From contig CAYLRO010000004.1 of assembly GCA_964386635.1 (NCBI GenBank), positions 28,128-92,127 on the forward strand: 64,000 nt of DNA, given 5' to 3'. The position numbers were made by a program, and so were the translations under genes. Numbering within the stretch: the first letter of the stretch is position 1; each line of letters starts with the position of its first letter. The notes beneath the pieces were generated by a model. That model did no database searches, was not told the DNA's origin, and saw only the letters and a program-made list of their open reading frames with translations. This document shows, piece by piece, positions 48,751 through 56,948 of the stretch. The DNA comes from an uncultured bacterium (lineage in GTDB: Bacteria > Fermentibacterota > Fermentibacteria > Fermentibacterales > JCC-6).

Positions 48751-49257
48751 ATGGCATCACTCAAGCTTGAAGGCAGGCTGTGGGTCCTCCAGAGGGATGG
48801 GGAACTTATCAGCGACATAGATACTGACATGATCTTCCACAACCAGTATCTGGCTATTACCGACATTGATAAAATGGGGCAGTATTCATTCGATAACCTT
48901 GAGGGTTTCAAGGATTTTGCTCAGCTGGCAGAACCCGGCGACATGATTCTCGCAGGAGACAACTTCGGCAGCGGAAGTTCAAGGCAGCAGGCAGTGGACT
49001 GCTTTATCAGTCTTGGAGTAACCGCAGTGATTGCCAGATCATACGGAGCCATCTACAAGCGCAATGCAATCAACAGCGCATTTCCTGTGATAACAATGAC
49101 TGAGGTGAATGCCGGTGACTTTGCTCACCTGGACACAGTTGTTCTTGATATGGAGAAGGGGATACTGGGATCATTCCCCACAGAACCTGTCAGCGGTGTT
49201 CAGAAAGACATCTACATTGCAGGCGGTCTCTTTCAGTACGCAGAAACCCTGAACTGA
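48751..49257 (+). CDS. Aconitase-family dehydratase small subunit (LeuD/HacB-like)
   Basis: DIDTDMI, AGDNFGSGSSRQQA, IARSYGAIYKRNAIN. Confidence 0.88.
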   Translation: MASLKLEGRLWVLQRDGELISDIDTDMIFHNQYLAITDIDKMGQYSFDNLEGFKDFAQLAEPGDMILAGDNFGSGSSRQQAVDCFISLGVTAVIARSYGAIYKRNAINSAFPVITMTEVNAGDFAHLDTVVLDMEKGILGSFPTEPVSGVQKDIYIAGGLFQYAETLN

Positions 49258-49269
49258 TAATACGAACCC

Positions 49270-49301
49270 TCCTGCCTGGAAGGTCTTTCCTCCAGGCAGG
49301 A
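49270..49301. terminator. Bidirectional hairpin terminator
   Basis: CCTGCCTGGA-N10-TCCAGGCAGG between convergent genes. Confidence 0.6.
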
Positions 49302-49317
49302 ACTCATCTTCACTGTT

Positions 49318-50598
49318 TTATCTGATGTATCCCAGATCCTGAAGCCGCTTCAATTCTATCTCATCGTCTTCATAGGATGTCGGTGTACAGATACATGGCC
49401 ACGCCCAGTATCTGAGAACCTCTTCAAAGAGCAGGCTGTCAAGGGGCAGCGGGGTTGTTTCACCGGGGTCTGAGACCAGATCGTAGGTTTCTGTTGAGTC
49501 CGGTTCAATGAACCAGAGAACCTTTGCTGAATTCTTTATGCAGCAGGCTGATACTGTATCTGCAAGCACCCCGCTTGAAGGCAGTATCCTGTTTTCAGGA
49601 ATTTCCCCAAGCAGGCTGATACCCTCAGCGTGATCCGGAGCGGGAACACTGAGATAATCCAGCAATGTAGGAAGTACGTCGAACTGGCCCACATAGGAGG
49701 ACACAACGGAACCAGCCTGGATTCCCGGACCTGAGATGATCAGTGGTACATGCAGTGATTGCTGGTAGAGATTGTGGGCGTGACCCCAGTCACCGTGTTC
49801 CATGAACTCTTCTCCATGATCAGCAACCAGAATAATAATTGTGTTCTCTGAGAGATTCTCACTGCGCAGATACGAGAAGAGTCTCTCCAGCTGGCTGTCT
49901 GTCCAGCGGAGTTCAGAGTCGTACAGATCTGTCATGTGACGGATTACGGTGGGATCGCTGCAGAGAGAGCGCGCAGGCCAGTCGGTCATGCCTGCAGTGC
50001 CCACGCCGTTGAAAAGGGTATCAAAGGGAGCCGGCGGATCATAGGGAAGATGAGCGTCAAACAGATGAACTGTTAGAAAGAAAGGCTTATCAGTAAGTGA
50101 ATTTCCCAGATAGCTCATTACAGTATCAACTGTTTCTTCTGCATAATCAATTAAGTCCGTTCCCATCCAGCATGTATCGTATCCTCTGTTCAGCCCGTAT
50201 TCACTGCCCAGATAACCTATGTTGAAAAACGTTGCAGTAGTGTAGCCTTCAGCCTGCAGGATGGTGGCAAGAGTAGGTATGTCAGGGTCCAGACCATGTG
50301 AGAAACCATTGTATCTGTTGCAGCCGTGGCTTTTCTCTGTAAGACCGGTGAGAATGGTTGTCATTCCTGGAAGGGTCCATGGCGCCTGCGCCTGACATCT
50401 GGCGAATCTGATGCCTGTTTCAGCAAGACTGTCTATTGCCGGTGATGTATTTCTATGATATCCGTAGCTTCCCAGGTGATCAGCATTAACTGTATCAATC
50501 AGCAGCAGAACAATATTGGGTCTGCAATCAGTTCTGCCGCCGCAACTGAGTGCAAGAAGGATCGTAACTGATATGAGAAAAACTCTGTATTCACTCAT
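49318..50598 (-). CDS. Sulfatase-like (alkaline-phosphatase superfamily) lipoprotein
   Basis: Lipobox LALSC; PNIVLLLIDTV.ADHL; APWTLPG; HLFDAHLPY; YDSEL..TD; ADHGE; H..NLY...LHVPLI. Confidence 0.85.
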   Translation of the reverse strand: MSEYRVFLISVTILLALSCGGRTDCRPNIVLLLIDTVNADHLGSYGYHRNTSPAIDSLAETGIRFARCQAQAPWTLPGMTTILTGLTEKSHGCNRYNGFSHGLDPDIPTLATILQAEGYTTATFFNIGYLGSEYGLNRGYDTCWMGTDLIDYAEETVDTVMSYLGNSLTDKPFFLTVHLFDAHLPYDPPAPFDTLFNGVGTAGMTDWPARSLCSDPTVIRHMTDLYDSELRWTDSQLERLFSYLRSENLSENTIIILVADHGEEFMEHGDWGHAHNLYQQSLHVPLIISGPGIQAGSVVSSYVGQFDVLPTLLDYLSVPAPDHAEGISLLGEIPENRILPSSGVLADTVSACCIKNSAKVLWFIEPDSTETYDLVSDPGETTPLPLDSLLFEEVLRYWAWPCICTPTSYEDDEIELKRLQDLGYIR

Positions 50599-50704
50599 TA
50601 AAGCTCCATGTTTGTGTGTGCCAATTCTAAATCAATGTTTCGATTTATTCAACCTGCGGGATTTTCAGTCTGTGTACATATTAGCTGTAACAGAAAGGTG
50701 AACG

Positions 50705-51511
50705 GTGATTGCAACATTATTTGCAGCGGTGTTTGTGATTACAGACGCATCCAGTGAGTGGCGTGTTTATGAGGAACCCACCGGGCAGGTCCTCACAGTT
50801 ACCGGCAGCGGTTGTGATCCTGTTTTCTCGGTTTCTGCGGTTCCGGGAGAAAGAATCAAAAGCCCTGTACTCCTGGGAGCAGAGCTCATCTATCTTTCTT
50901 CACTTGAAGGTTTGATCAGTGTTGATATGCGAACAGGGGATACTGCATTCTCAGGTTCACAAACAGGTGCTCCATGGGTTTCTTCAGAAGGTGATCTCTG
51001 GTACACCATGGGTGGTTATCTGTACAGAAACTGTGAAGCCACAGGAATTCAGGTCAATGCATTCCATGTCTGTGTGGAGAATGGAACAGCTGTTTTTACC
51101 GATAACGGCGACAACCTGCACCTGCTGGATCTTGATACGGAAGCAGATGAGATGTTCACCGGATACAGGTTTTACGCACCTGAGATAACCCCTTCAGGAG
51201 AAGTCTTTTCTCCCACTTTGTCAGGCGAGATCATATTTATTCCTCCAGGCGGGGAGATGATGGTGGTTGCCAATGGAGAACAGCCTTTCTGGAGCGGAGA
51301 ACATAAGGGGCTGTTCTACTGTGTCTCAATCGATGATGGCCATAATCTCACAGGGGCGGATATCTGGTTTGTCATTCCCGGCGAGGAGCCTGTTCAGGTA
51401 ACTTCCACACCGGATGTTTTTGAAACAAAACCTGTTTATCAGTACGGAACACTCTGGTACATGGATTCTGCAACATCCCTCCCTGGTTGTGTGAGATGTG
51501 ATGATCTTTAG
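50705..51511 (+). CDS. Hypothetical secreted protein, possibly TolB-like propeller
   Basis: Hydrophobic N-terminus; beta-rich; PVQVTSTPDVFE.KP motif; 14-bp overlap with the amidase gene. Confidence 0.55.
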   Translation: MIATLFAAVFVITDASSEWRVYEEPTGQVLTVTGSGCDPVFSVSAVPGERIKSPVLLGAELIYLSSLEGLISVDMRTGDTAFSGSQTGAPWVSSEGDLWYTMGGYLYRNCEATGIQVNAFHVCVENGTAVFTDNGDNLHLLDLDTEADEMFTGYRFYAPEITPSGEVFSPTLSGEIIFIPPGGEMMVVANGEQPFWSGEHKGLFYCVSIDDGHNLTGADIWFVIPGEEPVQVTSTPDVFETKPVYQYGTLWYMDSATSLPGCVRCDDL

Positions 51512-52757
51512 AGTTCTTTACATTGTTCTTACTGCTGGGGTGAGCATCTGCATTGACCCTGGACATGGAGGATCCAGTTCAGGAGCTGTGGGAGAATACA
51601 TTCTTGAAAAGGATGTTGTTCTTCAGGTGGGGCTGGAGATTCAGAACTGGCTCTGTCAGGTCCCTGGAATTACACGCGTTTCTCTTACCAGAGACGGTGA
51701 CTACGATGTGTCTCTCCAGGCAAGAACCGGTTATGCAAACGCCAACGGATTCGACAGGCTGATATCAGTTCATGAGAATGCATTTGACGGATCCGTTCAG
51801 GGAACTGAAACCTTTGCTGCATCTCTCTCTCCTGGTGATGAATCATTTCTTCTTGCAGCACTTGTGCAGGACCGGATACTGGATGCTTACGGATACAACG
51901 ACCGGGGGGTGAAGGACGGCAGTTACCTGCACATGATCAGAGAGAGCAGTATGCCGGCAATTCTTGGAGAGGGCAGCTTTCTGGATTACACTCTGAACTG
52001 GAATGAGTCCTGGCTTTACGCATTTAATGTTGATGATCACACTGGGGTTCAGGCGTGGGGTTATGCAGATGCCGTCTGCAGCCATTTCGGTTTTGATACA
52101 CCTGAGTACGGAAACGGCGTTGTTCTTATGGACAACCTGTTCCCGGGGTTCTCCGTGAACGACTCTCTTGAATGGAATGAACAGGTATCAGGCGCCCCAT
52201 GGATGGCTGACTGCATGACAGGTGTCTCATCCTCTTCACTGTGGGCGAACTGGGAATCCGTTGTTCCTTTTTACGGTGTGAGAACCGTGCAGATGTGGTG
52301 GACTTCAGGAAGCGACAGATCCATGTCTGTTATGTGCCGTATACATCATCAGGGCGGTATGGATGATGTTTTCATAGATCAGACTTCTGCCGGTGAGCAG
52401 TGGTATACACTGGGAACCTGGAGTTTCAGTGAACAGTGTGTTGTGGAACTGCTGGGTGAAGGGAGCAGCTCAGGTGTTGTGTGCGCAGATGCTGTAAGGC
52501 TTGTTTATCCTGCAGGAACTGATCCGGTTCCGGATGGAACCTTCCGGGTAACCGTTAATCCTGCTTCATCATTCACTCTGATACTCCCCGGGGAATCAGA
52601 AACAGATATTCGCATTTTTGATCTCTCAGGCAGAGTGGTGGATGTTCTCCATGGTTCAGGGTCTGTTGGATGGATACCTGAAGATGTTAATCCCGGTGTT
52701 TTCTTTGCTGTTGAAGAAGAGACCGGTCAGGTTGTAAAACTTATGGTTCTTAACTGA
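51498..52757 (+). CDS. Secreted N-acetylmuramoyl-L-alanine amidase (Amidase_3) + Golvesin/xanthan-lyase-C-like domain + T9SS-type CTD
   Basis: IDPGHGG, EKDVVL, LTRDGD..VSLQAR...AN, ISVHEN, MPAILGE; WW.SGSDR...IHHQGG...V.IDQ..AGEQW.TLG...CADAV; IFDLSGR..PGVFF..KLMVLN. Confidence 0.85.
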   Translation: MMIFRVLYIVLTAGVSICIDPGHGGSSSGAVGEYILEKDVVLQVGLEIQNWLCQVPGITRVSLTRDGDYDVSLQARTGYANANGFDRLISVHENAFDGSVQGTETFAASLSPGDESFLLAALVQDRILDAYGYNDRGVKDGSYLHMIRESSMPAILGEGSFLDYTLNWNESWLYAFNVDDHTGVQAWGYADAVCSHFGFDTPEYGNGVVLMDNLFPGFSVNDSLEWNEQVSGAPWMADCMTGVSSSSLWANWESVVPFYGVRTVQMWWTSGSDRSMSVMCRIHHQGGMDDVFIDQTSAGEQWYTLGTWSFSEQCVVELLGEGSSSGVVCADAVRLVYPAGTDPVPDGTFRVTVNPASSFTLILPGESETDIRIFDLSGRVVDVLHGSGSVGWIPEDVNPGVFFAVEEETGQVVKLMVLN

Positions 52758-53409
52758 GACTTCCTGACTGTTTCAGACTGAGTACATCGTTTTCGGTAAC
52801 TATGAAGTGGTCGAGAACCCGGAAATCCATTTCCTCGCCCAGTCTGGTCAGTTTCCGAGTGAGAGCTATGTCTTCTCTGCTGGGTTCCAGTCTTCCACCG
52901 GGATGGTTGTGAACAAGTATTACTCCTGACGCGCTGTGGGCAATGACCTTCTCCACAAGGTTTCTGGGATAGACCTGGGTTCTGTTTACAGTTCCGAACT
53001 CCAGATCGACCTCTGCCAGCAGTTCATTTGATGAGTTCAGCAGAAGGGCACAGAATCTTTCTCTCCGCTGTTTCCCCAGCCTCATTCTCAGGTACTCGGT
53101 TACCTGCTCAGGACCGGTTATGGTGATCTTTTTTGCAGGGGTTTCCGCCATAGCAGTTATCTGGCTGATCAGAGAGATGAGAACAGCTGTTGCCGGTCCG
53201 ATCCCTTTTACTGATTTCAGCGCATCAGGTGATTGTCTAAGTGTGTTGGAAAGAGAACCGAATTGCTTGAGCAGAGCCTCGGATTCTTCTCTCGTGTTTT
53301 TTTGGGGTATGGCATAGGTGAGAAGGAATTCAAGGGCTTCTCTTTCGGTGAAGCCCTTTATTCCCGCTCTGAGGAATCGTTCTCTTAAACGCTTCCTGTG
53401 TCCTTCCAC
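52750..53409 (-). CDS. radC: RadC family JAB-domain protein
   Basis: GHRKRLRERF, HhH VKGIGPA, E.F, GTVN...VYPR, HNHPGG..EPSRED, VLDHFIV. Confidence 0.93.
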   Translation of the reverse strand: MEGHRKRLRERFLRAGIKGFTEREALEFLLTYAIPQKNTREESEALLKQFGSLSNTLRQSPDALKSVKGIGPATAVLISLISQITAMAETPAKKITITGPEQVTEYLRMRLGKQRRERFCALLLNSSNELLAEVDLEFGTVNRTQVYPRNLVEKVIAHSASGVILVHNHPGGRLEPSREDIALTRKLTRLGEEMDFRVLDHFIVTENDVLSLKQSGSLS

Positions 53410-54461
53410 TACTTCTCCAGATAAACCGTTGTGGATGGGAATGCGAAGTCCATGCCCAGTTCCTGAACGATGTGCATGATCTTGATGTTTATCTCCTGCC
53501 TGGCCTGGAGGAATTCAGAGTAGTCGGCTGTTTTTATGAAAAACAACATTTCAATGTTAAGCGATGAGTCACCAAAAGTCGTGAAGTGAACATTGGAACC
53601 GGTATGAACAGCCATCTCATCTTCCACAAGCATTGCTCTCAGACCGGTAACAAGTGCGGCCATCTGCTCGGCGGTGGCGCTGTAAGTCACTCCCAGGGAA
53701 ATCTGGCATCTGCGCATGGGTCTTTTAGACAGGTTGTCTATTGTGGAATCAACGATTTCCTTGTTGGGTATGGTTACAAGGGTTTTTCCCAGGGTTCTTA
53801 TTCTTGTGGATCTCAGGCCTACCTCTTCCACTGTACCGCTTACACTGCCGACCTCTACAAAGTCCCCAACCATGAAAGGTTTATCCAGGAAGAGAGCAAC
53901 AGAGGCGAATATTCCTGCAATTGAATCCTGTGCCGCGAAGGCGAATGCCAGTCCTCCAATTCCCAGGCCTGTGATAATACCTGTTACCGGATATCCCTTA
54001 AGCTGCATGAAGAATACTATTCCAACAGCTGCAATAAGCACTTTTACAAGTTTTCTCAGAACAGGAATCAGTTGATCGTCCAGTCTGGATTCAGTTTCAC
54101 CTGCCAGATCTTTCATCTGTATGGCCACATCGTCAGTGACAACATAGAGAACACGAATAACGGTGATTGTGAGAAGCAGCTGTATGATGTTAAGGGCAAT
54201 GTGATTGACAGTTCCGTGAAGGTTCAGCACCAGAACCGAGAAATAAAAACCCGTAAATACCACCAGGAAGGCCAACGGGCTTGAGAGGCCGTGGAGAAGG
54301 ACAGTAAGAAAGTTTTCTATTTTGTCTTTTGGCTTTCTCAGAATGGAAGCTACAAGCTTTCTGAGTATCAGAGAAATGAAAATTCCTGCAAGGAATAGTC
54401 CGATTCTGCCAATGGGAATTGAGCCGGGTGTATACTCGATTATTGTCTGAAATAGATTCAT
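53409..54461 (-). CDS. Small-conductance mechanosensitive channel (MscS family)
   Basis: GLGIGGLAFAFAAQD, DKPFMVGD, GTVEEVGLRSTRIR, IPN, FGDSSLN, FAFPS; start moved to ATG 54461. Confidence 0.92.
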   Translation of the reverse strand: MNLFQTIIEYTPGSIPIGRIGLFLAGIFISLILRKLVASILRKPKDKIENFLTVLLHGLSSPLAFLVVFTGFYFSVLVLNLHGTVNHIALNIIQLLLTITVIRVLYVVTDDVAIQMKDLAGETESRLDDQLIPVLRKLVKVLIAAVGIVFFMQLKGYPVTGIITGLGIGGLAFAFAAQDSIAGIFASVALFLDKPFMVGDFVEVGSVSGTVEEVGLRSTRIRTLGKTLVTIPNKEIVDSTIDNLSKRPMRRCQISLGVTYSATAEQMAALVTGLRAMLVEDEMAVHTGSNVHFTTFGDSSLNIEMLFFIKTADYSEFLQARQEINIKIMHIVQELGMDFAFPSTTVYLEK

Positions 54462-54591
54462 GTGTTCCTTTCTGTTCGCTTTGTTTGCTACTGACGAAGT
54501 TTGTTCCATCTGCAGTGAACTGTCAATGGCTGGTTGACGATTGACTGTATGTTGGGCATTATCGCTTTCACCACATTAATCAGGAGGAAAA

Positions 54592-55335
54592 TTGAGCCCC
54601 AAGATGGAGAAGTACGGTAACTGGTTTCTGCAGCTGGCTTTGGCTCTGCTGGTATTTTTCGGATTCCTCCGTCCCTATGTGATTGAGGCATACCGTATAC
54701 CTACTCCCAGCATGTCACCTACTCTTCCAGTAGGAGATCACCTGCTTGTGCTGAAGTCCGAGAATGGTCAGCAGATACCTTTTTCAGACAGAATGCCACC
54801 TCTGATCCACAATTTCAGAGGAGACCACAGATGGCTGCTTATGCCGGCCACCGGTTCAGTTGAGCTTGGGGAGAGCATTGTTTTCAGATATCCGGCAAAC
54901 GAAGAAGTTACTTTCATAAAAAGAGTGGTTGCTCTGGAAGGCGATTCCATTCGGGTCAGCAACGATACATTGTATGTGAACGGATCTCCGTCTGAATGGG
55001 CTGTGGCCCATCAGGATGTTTTCAATTCCAGCATAATTGATGAAAAGTGGCCTGAATCTCTTCCCGGTCTCTATTCCTATGCAGAGGTAGCGGATCTTGC
55101 CTACGATGAGATTGCTTCTCATGTGGTACTTGATTCCCGGGGGAATCCCGTTTACATTGTACCTGAAGGACATGCCTTCATGATGGGTGATAACCGCGAT
55201 CATTCCAGCGACAGCAGGATATGGGGCCCTATGAACCTGCAGCTTGTGAAAGGTCAGGCCATGGTCACCTACTGGTCATGGCAGCCTGGTGAGGGTTTGC
55301 CCAAGGTGGGAAGGATAGCACGACTTGTTCGCTGA
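54592..55335 (+). CDS. lepB: Signal peptidase I
   Basis: IPTPSMSPTL (Ser), FIKRVV (Lys), VPEGHAFMMGDNRDHSSDSRIWG. Confidence 0.92.
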   Translation: MSPKMEKYGNWFLQLALALLVFFGFLRPYVIEAYRIPTPSMSPTLPVGDHLLVLKSENGQQIPFSDRMPPLIHNFRGDHRWLLMPATGSVELGESIVFRYPANEEVTFIKRVVALEGDSIRVSNDTLYVNGSPSEWAVAHQDVFNSSIIDEKWPESLPGLYSYAEVADLAYDEIASHVVLDSRGNPVYIVPEGHAFMMGDNRDHSSDSRIWGPMNLQLVKGQAMVTYWSWQPGEGLPKVGRIARLVR

Positions 55336-56260
55336 CACTTCGATTGCCCTGCCTTATTCCAGCAGGTTCTTTCATATGGTGCCTGTTCACTTTCTGGACC
55401 TGGATGCTCTCATGCGGGGAGGAACCGAGCTGCGGGATTTCAGAAAAGACTGTTACTGGTCCATCTCTGACGGATCTGATATTTTTACAAGACTTATCTT
55501 CAGACAGGGGAAACCCTATTACATTTCCGGCAGCGACTGCCTGGATTCCTCATCATTTCTCAGTATGGTGCGAAACGATAAAAGAGAGCTGCATCTTTCC
55601 CTTCATTTCCTTGAGGACAGGTCACTGGGTCCTGTGATCAAGTACCTGACGGAAGAACCTGTTTTAACCGAACTGGACAACTCAAGCGGAGAGCTTGTTC
55701 AGCTGCTGAAATCCCTTAAGAAATCCGGGGAATCAGGAATGATCAGTCTGCATGTAAGCGGAGGTTTGGCTCTGATACCCATATATGACGGCAAAATTTC
55801 AAAGGGATTCCTTCCAGGTTCCACTATCCAGGGCCGGGAACTGGTGAGTTTTCTTAAATCACCTGACGGCTCTGGAATGGCTGAATTCTTTGATGGTCCT
55901 GTTGCTGAACCCGCCGCTCTGGGTATCGGCGAGATCAATTTGATACTTGTTGCAGTGAATAAATGGCTGGAGAGCCTGGGACCTGTCTGGCCCCAGAGCA
56001 GGAGCCTGGTGCCTGGTTATGTAGAAAAGATAAGGTCTAAGTATCCATCACTGGAGCCTCTGATCTATGAAATCGAGGAAGGTCTTTCTCTCCAGAGTTT
56101 TATCGCAGAGAGTTCAGATTTCCCAAAAGCAATGGCAGCTCTGGTAAAATCTCTCTGCAAGAAGCATCCCTCTCCGGCAACTGCTCTTAAGCTGTTCAAG
56201 AGAATAAATGATGACAGAGCTGTTGCTCTGGAGTCAACAGGTCTGATGAAGCTTCTCTAG
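55325..56260 (+). CDS. Hypothetical protein, possibly tandem DUF4388/PATAN-like domains
   Basis: Two segments of the form L..LL..L....SG.I.L....G...I....G (e.g. LVQLLKSLKKSGESGMISLHVSGGLALIPIYDGKI); overlaps lepB. Confidence 0.5.
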   Translation: MFADTSIALPYSSRFFHMVPVHFLDLDALMRGGTELRDFRKDCYWSISDGSDIFTRLIFRQGKPYYISGSDCLDSSSFLSMVRNDKRELHLSLHFLEDRSLGPVIKYLTEEPVLTELDNSSGELVQLLKSLKKSGESGMISLHVSGGLALIPIYDGKISKGFLPGSTIQGRELVSFLKSPDGSGMAEFFDGPVAEPAALGIGEINLILVAVNKWLESLGPVWPQSRSLVPGYVEKIRSKYPSLEPLIYEIEEGLSLQSFIAESSDFPKAMAALVKSLCKKHPSPATALKLFKRINDDRAVALESTGLMKLL

Positions 56261-56265
56261 AACCC

Positions 56266-56934
56266 TTATCTTTCCCTGAACATCTTCATGTTCTTGTTGG
56301 ATCCTATTAACCAGAGAAGATCTCCGTCTTCAAGAATATCCTGAGGGTTTGGAATGCGATACTCGTATTTTCCTGCAGGGTTTTTCTTCCCGATAAAGGC
56401 GATGTTAATCCCGTGAACTCTTCTGATGTCCAGATCAATCACCTTTTTCCCCAGCATGGCTTTCTTGGGCTCTGTTACGATCAGTTCCATATCTGATCGC
56501 AGGCGCACATACTCCTCGACTCCTGAGTATGTTATTTCCCTTGCCTTGGTTATTCCCTGTTCGTGTTCAGGTCTGTAGATCAGGTCGGCTCCCACAGCCT
56601 TCAGAATTTTTTCTTCCCGGTCGCTGCTGGCTCTGCTGTATACAGTTACCCCTTTTTCCTTCAGGATTGCTGTAATGATCACATTGCTGCCGAAGTTCTC
56701 ACCAATTGCCACAACCACCTTGTCGAACTTGGTGACTCCGTGTCCAACAAGAAGAGCCTCATTTGTGCAGTCAAAGCAGATGGCATTGTTAACAAGATTC
56801 TTGATGTTGTCCACCAGCTCTTCCCTGGAGTCTATAGCCATGACCTCGGCACCCTGAAGCACAAGCTCCACGGCAAGGCTGCTGCCGAATGATCCCAGTC
56901 CTATAACCGCTATCTTTTTTGGAGAGTCCTGCAT
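56266..56934 (-). CDS. ktrA: K+ uptake regulatory subunit TrkA/KtrA (RCK)
   Basis: IAVIGLGSFG, VVVAIG, LKAVGAD, RCK-C domain. Confidence 0.88.
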   Translation of the reverse strand: MQDSPKKIAVIGLGSFGSSLAVELVLQGAEVMAIDSREELVDNIKNLVNNAICFDCTNEALLVGHGVTKFDKVVVAIGENFGSNVIITAILKEKGVTVYSRASSDREEKILKAVGADLIYRPEHEQGITKAREITYSGVEEYVRLRSDMELIVTEPKKAMLGKKVIDLDIRRVHGINIAFIGKKNPAGKYEYRIPNPQDILEDGDLLWLIGSNKNMKMFRER

Positions 56935-56948
56935 AGTGTTTTCCTGCC

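Noticed and set aside
52750-53409. radC as a marker of a mobile element or prophage
   Set aside because: It is the full-length chromosomal HhH+JAB form, coupled to mscS, with no integrase, att-like repeats or compositional shift nearby.
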